From NCBI RefSeq assembly GCF_009834535.1, contig NC_045697.1, positions 13,208,001 through 13,272,000 on the forward strand: DNA of 64,000 bases, written 5' to 3'. The stretch is from Camelus ferus. Its lineage: Eukaryota. A program made the position numbers and the translations under genes. The notes below the pieces were generated by a model. It did no database searches. It had not been told where the DNA came from and worked only from the letters and a program-made list of their open reading frames with translations. Positions 52,561-64,000 of this stretch are shown here, one piece after another (within the stretch, counting starts at the first letter, position 1; every line of letters begins with the position of its first letter).

Positions 52561-54274
52561 GTCACACACACCATGTCAGTACCTGTCTACCATCTACCTT
52601 CCTCTCACTAGAATATAAGTTCTCTGAGGTTGAGACTTTGGTTATTTTGGGGTCTCTGCTATGTCTCTGGCACCAAAACAGTATTTGAGACCCAATATTT
52701 ATATGTTGAAAGACTGAATTTCATGTATCAAGTCAACATTAAGATTTAAAATGAGATAAGGCCAAATTTGTGACATACACACATGTACACACACAAACAC
52801 ACAGTCATTCATTGATAACTTAAAAGATGTCTCTCACTTTACTAGATACTTTATACACATTATTTTACTTAATTATAGCATCAAATCTGAAATAGGACTT
52901 ATTGAGCTCATTTTTCAGGTTTAGAAACTATGCCTCAGAAAAATTTAAATAAAATGCTCTGAGTCACACATGTAGTCACGCAATTCTTCGAACTGGGTCT
53001 GTGTGATTCCAGTTCATTCTGCTCTTCATCATCCCCCATCTGATACGTATTTTTGCACTTGGTCTAAAAGTGAGTTAAGACATCCACTCTGATGCTATAA
53101 ATTGTCAGTCCCATTCACACAAATACTATGCACCCATTCAAAAATGAGCCTTGCTTACTTCATGGTATTGTCTTTGGTCAACAGAGCTCCTGACCTGAGA
53201 TTGACTAGTTATGGCTGTATAAGCTTACTTTTAATGGAGATATCCAAACAATTACAAAAGGAAACAAAAAAGTGGCTTATTTTTCAATTGTTTAGGTGTC
53301 AAGTACCTGTTTTTTAAAGGAGTGTGTTATAAAATAACAATTGACATTTTTATATAAATAATCTAAAAAATAATAGTTTGGTAAAAAGACATTTAATTTT
53401 GATCCATTTTTTTTTCAGTTTATTAAAATTCTTGGAGTCTTCACTCTGATTTGATTTTGGCCTTTGCTCACTGATGTGACAGGTTTAATGATCACATGTC
53501 AGTAGTCCAAGAGCCTCCTGTTTAACAGAAGAGCACTGTTCCCTGGAATAGTCCAGTCACCTCTCATCACCTGACCTTTCCCCTGGAAACATTCATCACC
53601 GGTGACACTGACTGATGAGCAGCATGATCTCTGACCTCCAATTTATTCGTGTTGATGGTCTTGACACTTCATAGTCTCCTAGGCTCCACACAGCTGCCTA
53701 ATAGCATCAGTGGATCTTCACTTCCCAGAAATATTTTCTACTTCTTCACTGTACAGACAGTATTACCTTCTCCTCCATCCAACATGAACTGTCACTTTTT
53801 TTCAGTTATTGTTTTCCAGAGTCTTCAGAGTTCCTCCCAACCCTACTGACTTTTCTGGGTCTCTCATTTAGTTACCTTCAGTGCGTCGTCTTAGGAAAGG
53901 GATACTCTTCTTGGTCAAATAGGCTCATTACTTGGGTGAGAAATTCTACATCAGTGATAAAAGGACAACTCAACCTAACCAGACATCTCCAATCTTCAGA
54001 TTATAATCACTGATTTCATGAGCTCACTTAATAACGACTACTACTAGTTAATTCCATGCCCCTTCCTTATGGAGTTTCAACAATTCATGCTACTAATAAA
54101 TCATTTAATCAAATTAATAAATTAATATTAATAACCACTTTTTTTTTTACTATTTTTCAAAAAAGAATAAACAAAGGAAGAAAAGAATACATTTCATATT
54201 AATATTTGTAATAATAAAATACTTTTCCTGAACACTTACCATATGTTGGAAATTTTGGTCAATAATAAGTTTCA

Positions 54275-54689
54275 CAGGTATCCTCCACTTTTCAGAAAGT
54301 CGCTCTATGCCACTGCACTTTTATGAGAGACCTACATTAGTACCTGTTTTCACTAATCAAATAAATGTGAAGAACATTTTCACTTCTATGAAAAGAGATG
54401 AAAACCAGAAACAGCATTCAGCATTTGTTTTGCAGCAAGCCCTTACAGAGGCAGAGTGCACCCCCAGTGAGAGGGGCACCACCATGCTCCTTCCCTGGGA
54501 ACTATAGTCTGCATCTCAGCATCAAGCTGCCATAGCTTCAAGCTGTGAGCATCTGTGTTTTACCTCAATTTATTTCATGCATCCATTAGTAAGATGTGCT
54601 CTAAGGTAATCGCTTCTTCCTTTTATGCCATTTCAACTTCCAAAAGTATTCATAGGAATGTTTGACTTTCAAATAACAGGGGAAACCTA
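54275..54689. mobile_element. Tigger-like (TcMar) non-autonomous DNA transposon inserted into a MIR
   Basis: Imperfect TIRs 'caggtatcctccacttttcagaaagt' and 'actttcaaataacaggggaaaccta'; flanks ca/ta resemble a TA TSD. Antisense MIR halves lie at ~54210-54274 and 54690-54840. Confidence 0.8.
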
Positions 54690-56328
54690 TATCTCATTTA
54701 ACCCGTCTTGTCAATGCTATGAGGTAAATGATATTTCATTCCTTATTTTGAAGACAGGGAAACTGAGATACAGTAATCAGTAGGTAAATAACATGCCCAA
54801 TGTCACATCGCTGTTCACTGGCAGAGGCAAGATTTTGTTAGATATTTCAGTAATTATCTTGGATTAGCAAGTTTCATCAACCAAATCTGGTTCAAGGAAA
54901 AAATTAAAAGTTATGATGATGACAATGGTGAGAATGATGATGATAAAAAATATTACCCATAAAAGCTGTTATATCTGATGGCAGGCTATGTTCTGTGTAT
55001 TTATATACAGATTCTTGCTTGTTTTTGTTCTTATAGTAAGAGAATGAGATAGTAATCTTCATGAATATTTTATAGATCAGGTGATTAAAAACCAGAGAGG
55101 TGAAACGTTTTTCCTGAGACAATGAGAGTGATTCTAAGCAATTTTGTTGGCCACCTAAGTGCTTGCCTTGGTGCTCCATAAGTGTTGAGAGCACCAATCA
55201 TTACAATGAGAAAAATCTTTTATCAGCAGTAATAGCTGACGGGCAGTTTGATCAAAGTCTTATTAGAAGTAGGCATATAATATCCTTATCTTCCCTTAAA
55301 TGGACTGGGAAACTCTTGACAGCATGTGTTCTGTGTTATCTGAGAATCTAGGCCATACACTTTCAAGAAATTATTATTGGATTAAATGGACTGAGAGAGG
55401 AAAAGCTTATAGGGGTTCACGTGCTTGACCTGGCTCCCAGAGTTAGTCGGTGCATGAGACCTAGCACCCTGATTTGTGTTACAATGCTCTTACACAGTCA
55501 CCTTTTGATGAGTTTGCAGATGAGGAATTAAAGTAAGAAACAGAGAATATGCTTGTATGGTAGCTTTTCAGTGGTTATCAGAGGTCAGAATATGGTATCC
55601 TAATTTCCATTCCAGTCTTTATTTCTCTACTATTTATCTACAATTATTTATTAAACATGACATTTATCCTTTATTCATAAAACTTTTATTATTTTTCTAT
55701 CTTTATTTTGTCTCCTCCTTCAAAGTGCTTTGTCACGGCTCATTAGTCATGAAAATATAAACATGCATTCATGTATTTGTAAAAATTTGGTTCATTTATA
55801 TGTAGGTCTTGAAGGACAATAAATCTTAGATGTATTGCATAATTTTGAAGAGACGCTTTTCCCTTAAATATTTCTGTTTCTGATGTGTGAAATAAATGAG
55901 TTTTTAAGTATTCCAGAGATGCTTATACATGCTTGTACGATCACAACTGATCATGTTGTGAAGCAGACACTCATTGCTTTACATTTTCCCAAAAGAATTT
56001 AATTATGTCAATGACTCTGCCCTATCCGTAAGTTGGAAGAAGGCTAACTAAATAATGGGCATTCTAGTCTGTCTTTACCTACTGAAAGGCATACACACTT
56101 TGTCTTAAATGTTTCTCCAAGTATTTAATTGTTAGGATGTGGGAAAAATTTGCTTTCATCTAACCACATTTTCCTTGACTCTTCAGAAAGCACTACTCTA
56201 TTTCCTCAATATGTATGTTGTTTATATTTGTCCTTTCATTTTACAGTTCTCACATCAATTATACCACTAACAACAATGCTTTTATAAGTCTTGATACATT
56301 TTACGTTTTTCCTTCCTTAAGAATTGCT

Positions 56329-57202
56329 TGAGGAGTGACATCAGCAAGATGGTGGCATAGGAGTTTCTAGTGCTCATTCATCTCCTCCATCAGCCCCCAA
56401 GAACCATTTAGAAAACTCCCCATGCATGGAAATACATTCACAACAGCTAAGCATTCCAGATGAGAGACTATAGCACCCAAATGGAGCACAGAAATAAGAA
56501 AAGATACATTGAAGATGATTAAAAAAGGATATATTCACATTACCCCCATAACCACTCACCCAAGCCAGGGTAGCCCAGTGCAGAGAGAGACGCTCATCCC
56601 ATGAAGAAAAAAGAGCAAAATGAAATTCTGCCTCACCATGGACCCCAGAGTCATCCCACCTCAGAACCATGCCAATCCCATGACTGTAGGTAGCTCTTTG
56701 CAGGCCATGATGACCCCAGGCTCCCAGCTCTCCTTGGCACCTGCCAGCTCCCTTGGCTACAAGTGAATGTCATATCAAAACGATGTTGGGGGACTCTAGC
56801 AATACCAGGCTCCCAGTTCACTAAAGTGTCAGCAAGTTCCCATGGCCTGGATGACTCCTGGGGCCCCAGGATCCCAGGTCGCCCCAGTGCTGGCTGGCTC
56901 CCATGGCCTTGGGAGGCTCCCATGGCACCAAGCTACTGATGGGCTCCCATGGCCCTGGAAAACTCCTATGACCCCAGGATACCAATTTGATCCTGTGAAC
57001 ACTGGGTCCAGACCAGCACCCATAAACCCAGGCTCCTGGCTGGGACCACCCACCAGGCTAATACCATGCACCCAGGCCTTTGACCCACCCCAACCCAAAG
57101 GCTAGATCACATACACCGAGTCTCCTTGCCAGTGCCAGTACAAAACAAATTCAATAGCACAATAAAGGGTTAATATACTTTAATCAAGCAGAATTTATCT
57201 CC
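56329..57202 (+). mobile_element. Old L1 5'UTR with internal GC-rich repeats, joined to a ~60-bp ORF2 piece
   Basis: Starts 'gaggagtgacatcagcaagatggtggc'; recurrent 'ggctcccatggc' units at 56700-57080; 'aaacaaattcaatagcacaataaaggg...aatcaagcagaatttatc' resembles ORF2 IQQHIKRIIHHDQVGFI. Confidence 0.7.
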
Positions 57203-58234
57203 CTTTGTGACCATCATTTTCCTCATTTTACAGATGAAGAAAGTGAAACAAAGGGAGGATTAGTAAAGCTGAGAGCCAAACTCAGGCTGTCTGCCTCCAG
57301 TCCGTTATGTCCTCATGCCCAACACCACGAGGTCCCCTCATCATTTCTTTTGCGGTCATTTCTGGTTGCAATTTAGTCTTCAGAGATGATGCTTGGTGTT
57401 GCTGGCCACAATCCTGTTCACTTTATTTCAGATTTTTCCCTCTTGCCCTGTTGCTTTGAATTGCCAAAGGCCGTTTATTCCTAGACACTTCTAACACTCT
57501 GCATCTGAAGTCAAATGTCTCACATTTATTTATATTTTTTGCTGATAGAAAGAGGTATTAAAAAGGAACTGTGGATCACTCGAAGAGAAAAATCATACTG
57601 TTTATATATTGCTTGGGGCTAGTCTGATTCAGTTTGGGTTAAAGCTCTTTACTATCCATCTCAGTAGCCTGCATTTTCCAGAAAATGACTAAAAGCACAA
57701 AAGAATCATGGCCGTGAATCCAACCAACATTTTTGCATTTTCAATACCCAGTTTATAGTTTATTGATCCCACAATATTCTTCTCATCTAAAAAATTGAAA
57801 TGAATATACAGTCTACTTAAGAATGGTAGCATCATTTCAATAAAGTAAAAGGCATCAAATATTGTCTCAAAGTCTAACTACTGATGCCAGTAAAGATAGA
57901 GACCAACTTTTAAACAAAAGAGGCGTGTGAAGTGACAGATATTGTTTCCAAGGAAAGAAAGTGATTGTTTTCAAGGTGAGAAAAATGATGCACCATCTTC
58001 TGAGATAATGATAAGACCATGAACTGGTGAGTCATCTTTGTCTTCATCTGTAATGCAGTTTCATCTCAGGCTCGCCCTTTCTTTTTCTTTTCCAGTAAAA
58101 CTATCATCTTTTATGAGGGTTAAATTCAAAACTTAACTGTCTCCTTGTACCTTTTACTGTCACCGGGAAGTACATCCTCACATGAATGATTTAGTGTTTG
58201 CTTTCACGTCCATGTTCGACTGTATTGATTAACC

Positions 58235-58690
58235 TTCAAGATGGAGGCCATTGTGTGAATCGCAGATGTTGCCAGTGTTTTCTCCTTTGTTCATAAGAAG
58301 ATGGCATGTCCCTGTTTCAGTCAGTTGGGGGGGGGGGAGCATGGGATTATTTTAGCCAGTGAGTTTTTGGTGGAAATAACATATGTCATTTCTGGGCCAG
58401 AGTATTTAACCGCACGTAGGAGACCCTCCAGCACTCTTTTCCACTGCTGTCATGGACAGTTATGCGGGGAGGAAATAGCAGTCAGGATGTTCCTGACTAG
58501 GTATGACACACGTTGTGCCCCTGGAGATCTACATTAGACAAAGAGCAAGAGCAAGATCAAAACCTTTCTTTATTAATTGCTGCTTTTGTTTTGTTTTTTG
58601 CTTTACGTATATTAATAAACTACTTTTTTTTCATTACTTAGGCTATTCTGAGAGACATTGTATTATATTAATCGCTGATTCCACCACAGT
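58235..58690 (+). mobile_element. Old MaLR LTR (MLT1-like)
   Basis: 'ttagccagtgag...gtcatttctgggccagagtatttaacc...gagaccctccagcactct', 'aacctttcttt'. Confidence 0.55.
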
Positions 58691-61600
58691 GCAACACTTA
58701 CCTTACTGCTTACATATGCTAAGCATTCGAGACTGAGTTAGTATTTTTTTCTCACATTTTGTCTTTGCTTATTCATTAATTAGGTTATATGATGTGCTAA
58801 ATTCTAGGGCAATTGTTTTGCAGACTTAAAAATAGTATCAGCATTCAAGTGGTTTGTTTTAAATGCCATAGACTGTATATGAACTTATTTTAATGTAGGT
58901 ACACGGAATTCTTTGACCTTATGAGAACGTCACCCAGAAATATTTTTGTTAACGTTCCCTTGTCACTTTACTGAAAAGTACACTTAATACTGTAGGTTTT
59001 GTATTACAGTCCAGAAATTTGACATTGTTTTTAAAGATAAGAATAAGAAAAAAGAACTTTATTTCAAATCAAAATACTTCTAAATTTTCATAGCATTTAT
59101 TAGATATTAAAATACTTCACAGTAAAATTCCTCCTAATTTAACACAGCAAAGGCTGCACTCCAAAACTTTTGAATTGTGATTTGCTTTAAGAGGTAGTCA
59201 TATTGATGTGAAGAACTCCATTCATGTGCATAGAAATGCAGGATGCATATGTTTCTTTGAAGATAATCTTGATGAATTTAGGTCATCAGATATCTAACTG
59301 GACCTCCGCACACTGTATGTGGGAGATAAGGTTTCTCTAACTGGAGCATTATATATGATCACCAAATTCACAATCCCATAGGGATAACATTTATTATTAT
59401 AAAACGTACCACAGCATTTGAAATCTGAGGTTAAACATTTACTACACGGTTTACGAGGAGACCATGAATCTCAAGTGAATTCACTGCATGAGAAAAGTGA
59501 ATTTATTATCAAGGGCATGAAAGGAATCAGTCTTCTGAATGCTTAATACACTCCGTTAAAGCTTCATAATAAACTGTTCACCTCGTTGCATGCTACTCCA
59601 GAGTCTACAATGCAAGACACGTCTAACCTCTAAATCACATCCCTTTCAAGGCCCTGCCAATAAGGTAACTAATTCACATGTATTCATTATGAAAAAATCT
59701 GCCGAATAATCAGCATTATGCCACTGACTTTTCTAAGATATTTGGTTAGAATAGATTCTAGCTAACTTCTAATGTAAAGAACTTGCCTTTCAAAAAGTAC
59801 AAATATTCTAAATCTCAGAAGACTGTAAAATATCCGAGATCAAGTGATGGTCAGAGTTGACAATTTTTGAAGCATTTTGGAGTAAACAAAAAATATTTTG
59901 GATGTTTCACAAATACTAAATCAATTTCCACATGATGTAGTGGAGTTTGAAATATATAACTGCCTCCAAATCTCACCTTAGAAAAGCGCAACAAACCTGA
60001 GCTGGCAATATCATGAGATCTCTGATGGGATGAAATTTATGTTAGGTTCACACTCTGAAAACATTTTGTTAGACTCACAAAATAAAAAAGAAACAGAGAA
60101 TACATGAAAGAGGTCTTTTCATCCCTAATATGTATGTATAATTTCCATTATGGATAATTATAACTTCATACATGGAACAGTGAAAAAATAGACTGGAACA
60201 TATTTTCTTCTGCAAAAAGCACTACTTTAGCAGCAATAGAACAGACTGCTGAGGTCAGAAGGGTCCTGGAGCTAGACAGTGTTTATGAAGCCAGGGAACA
60301 GATTTTAGTGTGAAAGAAATTCCCCATAGCCAAATGATGGAAACATAAGGAAATTATTCTGGTGAATACAAAACATGTTAAGCATTACTTACTTTTCATC
60401 ATAAAAGAGTATAATGGGCTTTCATTTTACTACATGTAGCTTTTGGAGCATACATTTCTCCAACTAACAAATGGGAAAGCCAGTTGAATTAGGCAAGCCC
60501 TGGGGATGGCATAAGGTAAAATGTCCACCCAAGCTGTGAGCTTGCCTTTGAATTGACGCTGCTACTGAGTAAGTGGAAATCAGAAGATGAGAGGAATAAA
60601 CACAGTATAAGAAAATTTGTAAACAGGTTTTGATGACACTCTTTTGGTCCTTGAGCTGGAGTCAAGCATGTTTTTCCCTTCAGAAACTAAGTTATCTTTC
60701 AACAAAAAGGCAGAATGGGATAAAAGCAGGTGGCAGTACATTCAGAAAGACTAAGGAGATGCTCAGTCTTTCCAGGTTTATATGACCCATCAATATTAGA
60801 CTTGCCTACTAATTGTCCTTATCTCTGTAATACTAGCTGATGGTCTATGGCAATCATTGTTCCACACACCTTCTTCTCTCTCTACACAGTGATCTTTCTG
60901 CAGAGAAGCTGTGTTTTATCTTTGAATCCCCAGACCTGGTGCAATGACTAACGCACAGTATACCTTCAACTCATGATTGTTAGTCAAACAGGTTAAATAT
61001 ATTTAACACTTGATTTGAGGGCTTTGATAGACAGCAGTGAAAATAAAGGGAAAGTTAATGTCTTGCATTACACATGCTTTTACACTGTGCACTATTTTTA
61101 GTCTAAAGAAGAAAAAAAGAGCTATGGATTTAAATGAAGGAGACATTTTTTAAAGCAAATTCAAAGAAGTTATTGCAAACACAGGACACTGTATTTTTTA
61201 CAAAGGCCATTTTTTCCCTCTAAAACTGCTCCCAAGCTTCATGTTCTACTGAAAACTCTGTAGATAGGAAGCAAAACTTGAGTGTGAAAAGAGTAAGAAA
61301 AAAAGAAAGAAAAAAAAAACTTTAAGGATAAAATAGCAAGACTGAAACCAGTTTTGGGAGTTGGCCAGAGTAATCAGTATGATGCTTATGTAGTGTGGTC
61401 AAGGGGATCAAAAATAAATAAAAGATAATCAAGTAATCAATATTGGGAGTGTTTTGAAGAACTAGAGACCCGAGTCCTGTTTTCAGGCCCTACACAGAAA
61501 AAAAGAGTTAAGTCTCAAGAAAGAATACTCTAGTATATTATGAGAAAGATACTAGAGAATGCCACAGCCTACTTTATATTACTGTAGAACATTCGAAAGC

Positions 61601-61743
61601 AAAGTCTACAAAGTGTGGATGTCCAAAAGCAAGCAAAGCTTATGCAAAGAACATGTACACATGTGGGTCTAGAGCTAGAAATAAGTATCAAATAATTTGA
61701 GAAGTAAGAATAGAGAGTCCCCAGATAAAAAGTGCAGAGTCAA

Positions 61744-62198
61744 TAGTCATAAAAAAGAACAAAATAATGCCACTGGTAGCAACATGGATGAACCTGGAGA
61801 TTGCCATTCTAAGTGAGGTAAGCCAGAAAGAGAAAGAAAAATACCATATATCACTCATATTTGGACTCTTAAAAAAAAAAGAGGACACGAATTTATTTAT
61901 GAAACAGAAAAAGACTCACAGACATAGAAAACAAACATGGTTACTGGCAGGGAAGAGGATAGGAAGGGACAAATTGGGAGTTTGAGACGTGCAGATACTA
62001 ACTACTATACATAAAATAGATAAACAACAAGTTTCTATTGTATAGCACAGGGAACTATATTCAATATCTTGTAGTAACATATAATGAAAAAGAATATGAA
62101 AACGAATATATGTGTGTATGTGTGTGCCTGAAACATTATGCTGTATGCCAGAAATTGACACAATATTGTAAACTGACTATACTTAAATTAAAAAAAAA
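61744..62198 (+). mobile_element. Young L1 3' end (ORF2 tail, 3'UTR, poly-A)
   Basis: ORF track 'ATWMNLEIAILSEVSQKEK'; A tail. TSD aaaaagtg(ca/tg)gagtcaa at 61727-61743 and 62194-62210. Confidence 0.93.
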
Positions 62199-63004
62199 GT
62201 GTGGAGTCAAAACATCTAGAAGCCAGCCATGCTGAAAACTAAGAGCAGATCAACATAGTACCACAGATGAGTGAAAATTCTACAGCTGGAAACGAAGGGT
62301 GATCATGAGCTCAAGTATATCAAATAGCACACACAGGAATGGCAGATGTAAGCATATGAATGTATGTGAACCACTGCGGTGTCTGGGTGAATTATTCTAG
62401 AGAGGTGATTTTTGCCCAGGTATGTGCTTTTCATTATTGTTTTTGTTTTGTTCTGTTGCTTTTGCTCCCAATCCCACAGTGCTAGAAGGATTTCCTTTGA
62501 TGAATAGAGTGTGGGAAAAGCTCATATCAGAACACATTGATTCAGTGAGTAATGAACTGCAGTATTTTGAAAGAGAGTTGCGTGAGAGAAAAATCAAAGT
62601 ATGGGGGTTGGACCATCTGTGTTTGCTTCCATGAAACTTTACTTATCTTCAGAAAAGAGATTTTTTTTAACCTATAAAATTGGGAGATGGGAGAGTAGAC
62701 ATAATAGCAATAGGTTAGAAACTGGAAAGCATAGGGATGTATGATAAATAACTTATGGATGACTGATAATTGGCACTACCCCCATTCCTCTGGCTTTGGG
62801 ATTCGTAGGGAAGGAGGTACTGAAAATACAGGCATGGAGTGGGTGGCAAGCGATGGTTGAAGGTATTAGAGAAGCCATTAGAACAATGTACATATCAATT
62901 ATAGAGCTGACCATAAATCAGGGATATTCTGATCAGAGAAAGTCAGAGAGACTAGTCTGAAACATTTTAATACATTATGCACATGAATTTACCAGTTTGG
63001 TTAT

Positions 63005-63590
63005 TTATATTAGCCAAACCATTGAAGCAACCTAAATGTCCATCAACAGATAAATGGATAAAGAAAATGTAGTGTATATATTAAAAGGAATAGTATTCAG
63101 CCTAAAAAAAAAAAAGGAAGGAAACCCTACCACTTTTAATGACATGGATGTATCTGAAGGTTATTATGCTAAGTGAAAAAAGCCAGACACCGAAAGATAA
63201 GTACTATATGATACCGTTTATATGAGGAGTCTCAAACAGTCAAACTCAAAGAGGCAGAATAGTGGAATGGTGGTTTCCAGAGGCTGGGGAGAGGGGCAAA
63301 CGGGGAAGTAGTAGTTAAGGATGTGACGTTTCAGTTGTACAAGACGAATAAGTCCTAGGGATCTCCTGTATGGCAGAGACTGTAGTTAAACACACTGTGC
63401 CACATAATTAAAAATGTGCTGAGGATACATCTTATACTGTGTTCTTATACCAAAAAATAATTAAAGTAATAAATGAGAGGATGAGAAAAAATTTTTAGAG
63501 ATTAATAGATATATTTAAGGCATCAAGTTTCATACACTAAATATACACAGCTTTCTGTTTGTCAAAATTAATTAATTTAAAAATTAAAGA
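63005..63590 (+). mobile_element. Older L1 3' end (L1MA/MB-like)
   Basis: 'gaagcaacctaaatgtccatcaacagataaatggataaagaaaatg...tatgctaagtgaaaaaagccagacac...tggtggtttccagaggctggggagagggg'. Confidence 0.88.
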
Positions 63591-64000
63591 TAGATTTCCA
63601 TTTCATCAGGAAATAGAACTGCTGTATTTATATAAAATAAGAGCTTTAAGGAGAATCAGCTGACCCATAGGGAAGAGAGAAGACAGTCCTGGGTTGGCTT
63701 AGGTTGGGATAAAGTCTACAATGTTCTTAGCTTCATCAGTGTTCCAGTATAAACCCTGAGCAATGGACTAAACTTGGGAGAAAAAAACTCTTTGGTGCTT
63801 TTAAAAACTTTTTTCATCTGAGATGGTTTTACAAATTTCTGCCACTTGAAAATGTGCTTTTGATGATTTGGATAACTCATTACATAAAAGCCTTCATCCC
63901 CTGGCAGTCCTGGAAATGTGAGGTGTCACTATTTATGCAGCTTCTGCTAGGTAGAATACCTCATGAGTGCAGCATTACTCAAACACTGGAGAACTTATAT

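Noticed and set aside
56374..57105. Cluster of 87-98 aa ORFs and repeated 12-16 bp motifs resembling an array
   Set aside because: GC-rich internal repeats of an L1 5'UTR, irregularly spaced and degenerate; neither coding nor CRISPR-like.
1..64000. Prokaryotic-type systems (operons, CRISPR, defence islands)
   Set aside because: The window is mammalian non-coding DNA dominated by eutherian repeats, with no dense coding regions or repeat-spacer arrays.

Overview
AT-rich, gene-poor mammalian genomic DNA, most likely camelid (alpaca/camel), judged from two Vic-1-like tRNA-derived SINEs and several young L1 3' ends. I can support no intact protein-coding exon. The ORF track is explained by L1 ORF2 remnants, low-complexity sequence, chance ORFs and one decayed processed pseudogene. 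That pseudogene is an intronless internal fragment of the DEAD-box helicase DDX10 (minus strand, about 39,557-40,770), truncated at both ends. Much of the rest is interspersed repeats: L1, L2, MIR, MLT1, an ERV solo LTR, MER5A and a Tigger-like MITE. Repeat-poor stretches rich in homeodomain/MEIS motifs may be enhancers. The most unusual object is a ~520 bp minus-strand insertion at about 27,118-27,638, nested in an old L1 ORF2. It has ~185 nt of non-L1 leader, then the first 158 nt of an L1 5'UTR, joined directly to the last ~170 nt of an L1 3'UTR at an AG. In an intact sister copy in this window, that AG lies just downstream of a TACTAAC branch-point consensus. It looks like a retrotransposed, 5'-transduced, spliced L1 RNA that has lost both ORFs. 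Repeat family names and most old-repeat boundaries come from recognition by eye and are approximate.
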